Positions 15,321 to 15,321 of a stretch of DNA of 15,321 nucleotides are shown piece by piece (position 1 is the first letter of the stretch; every line of letters starts with the position of its first letter). The notes under the pieces are model-generated. The model did not search any database. It saw only the letters and a program-made list of their open reading frames with translations, and had not been told where the DNA came from. A program made the translations under genes and the position numbers. The DNA is from Vulcanimicrobiaceae bacterium (GTDB taxonomy: Bacteria; Vulcanimicrobiota; Vulcanimicrobiia; Vulcanimicrobiales; Vulcanimicrobiaceae). Where the stretch lies: NCBI GenBank assembly GCA_046262595.1, contig JBHEMM010000016.1, positions 1 through 15,321 on the forward strand, written 5' to 3'.

Positions 15321-15321
15321 C

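Noticed and set aside
15118..15321. The ABC ATPase frame stays open to the window edge (possible N-terminal fusion)
   Set aside because: The translation is Arg/Pro-rich and not protein-like, and the ATPase domain begins normally at GTG 15117.
1..15321. CRISPR array or long tandem repeats
   Set aside because: I found no regularly spaced direct repeats by eye. The only short repeats noted are the GGCAAY codon pairs in the precursor core.

Overview
GC-rich bacterial window. The protein style suggests a Terrabacteria lineage such as Ca. Eremiobacterota, but this cannot be verified here. The left two-thirds is mostly core genome: the 3' end of hppA with a frameshift, an M48 peptidase, a DUF1453-like membrane protein and a cupin. 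These are followed by a minus-strand rpmG-tRNA(Trp)-secE-nusG-rplK-rplA-rplJ-rplL block, tRNA-Arg(CCT), an fRMsr/GAF-hemerythrin fusion, tRNAs Thr/Gly/Tyr, a lipoprotein and a DUF5069-like protein. The right third looks like a RiPP cluster. It contains a 45-aa precursor ORF missing from the ORF track (9689..9826; strong RBS, YEAP leader motif, Gly/Asn/Cys-rich core, hairpins on both sides), two tandem HPr-kinase-like proteins and an S24/S26 peptidase-nucleotidyltransferase fusion. A convergent ABC ATPase/permease/PqqD(RRE) operon closes the cluster. No lasso cyclase, B2 protease or radical SAM gene is visible in the window.
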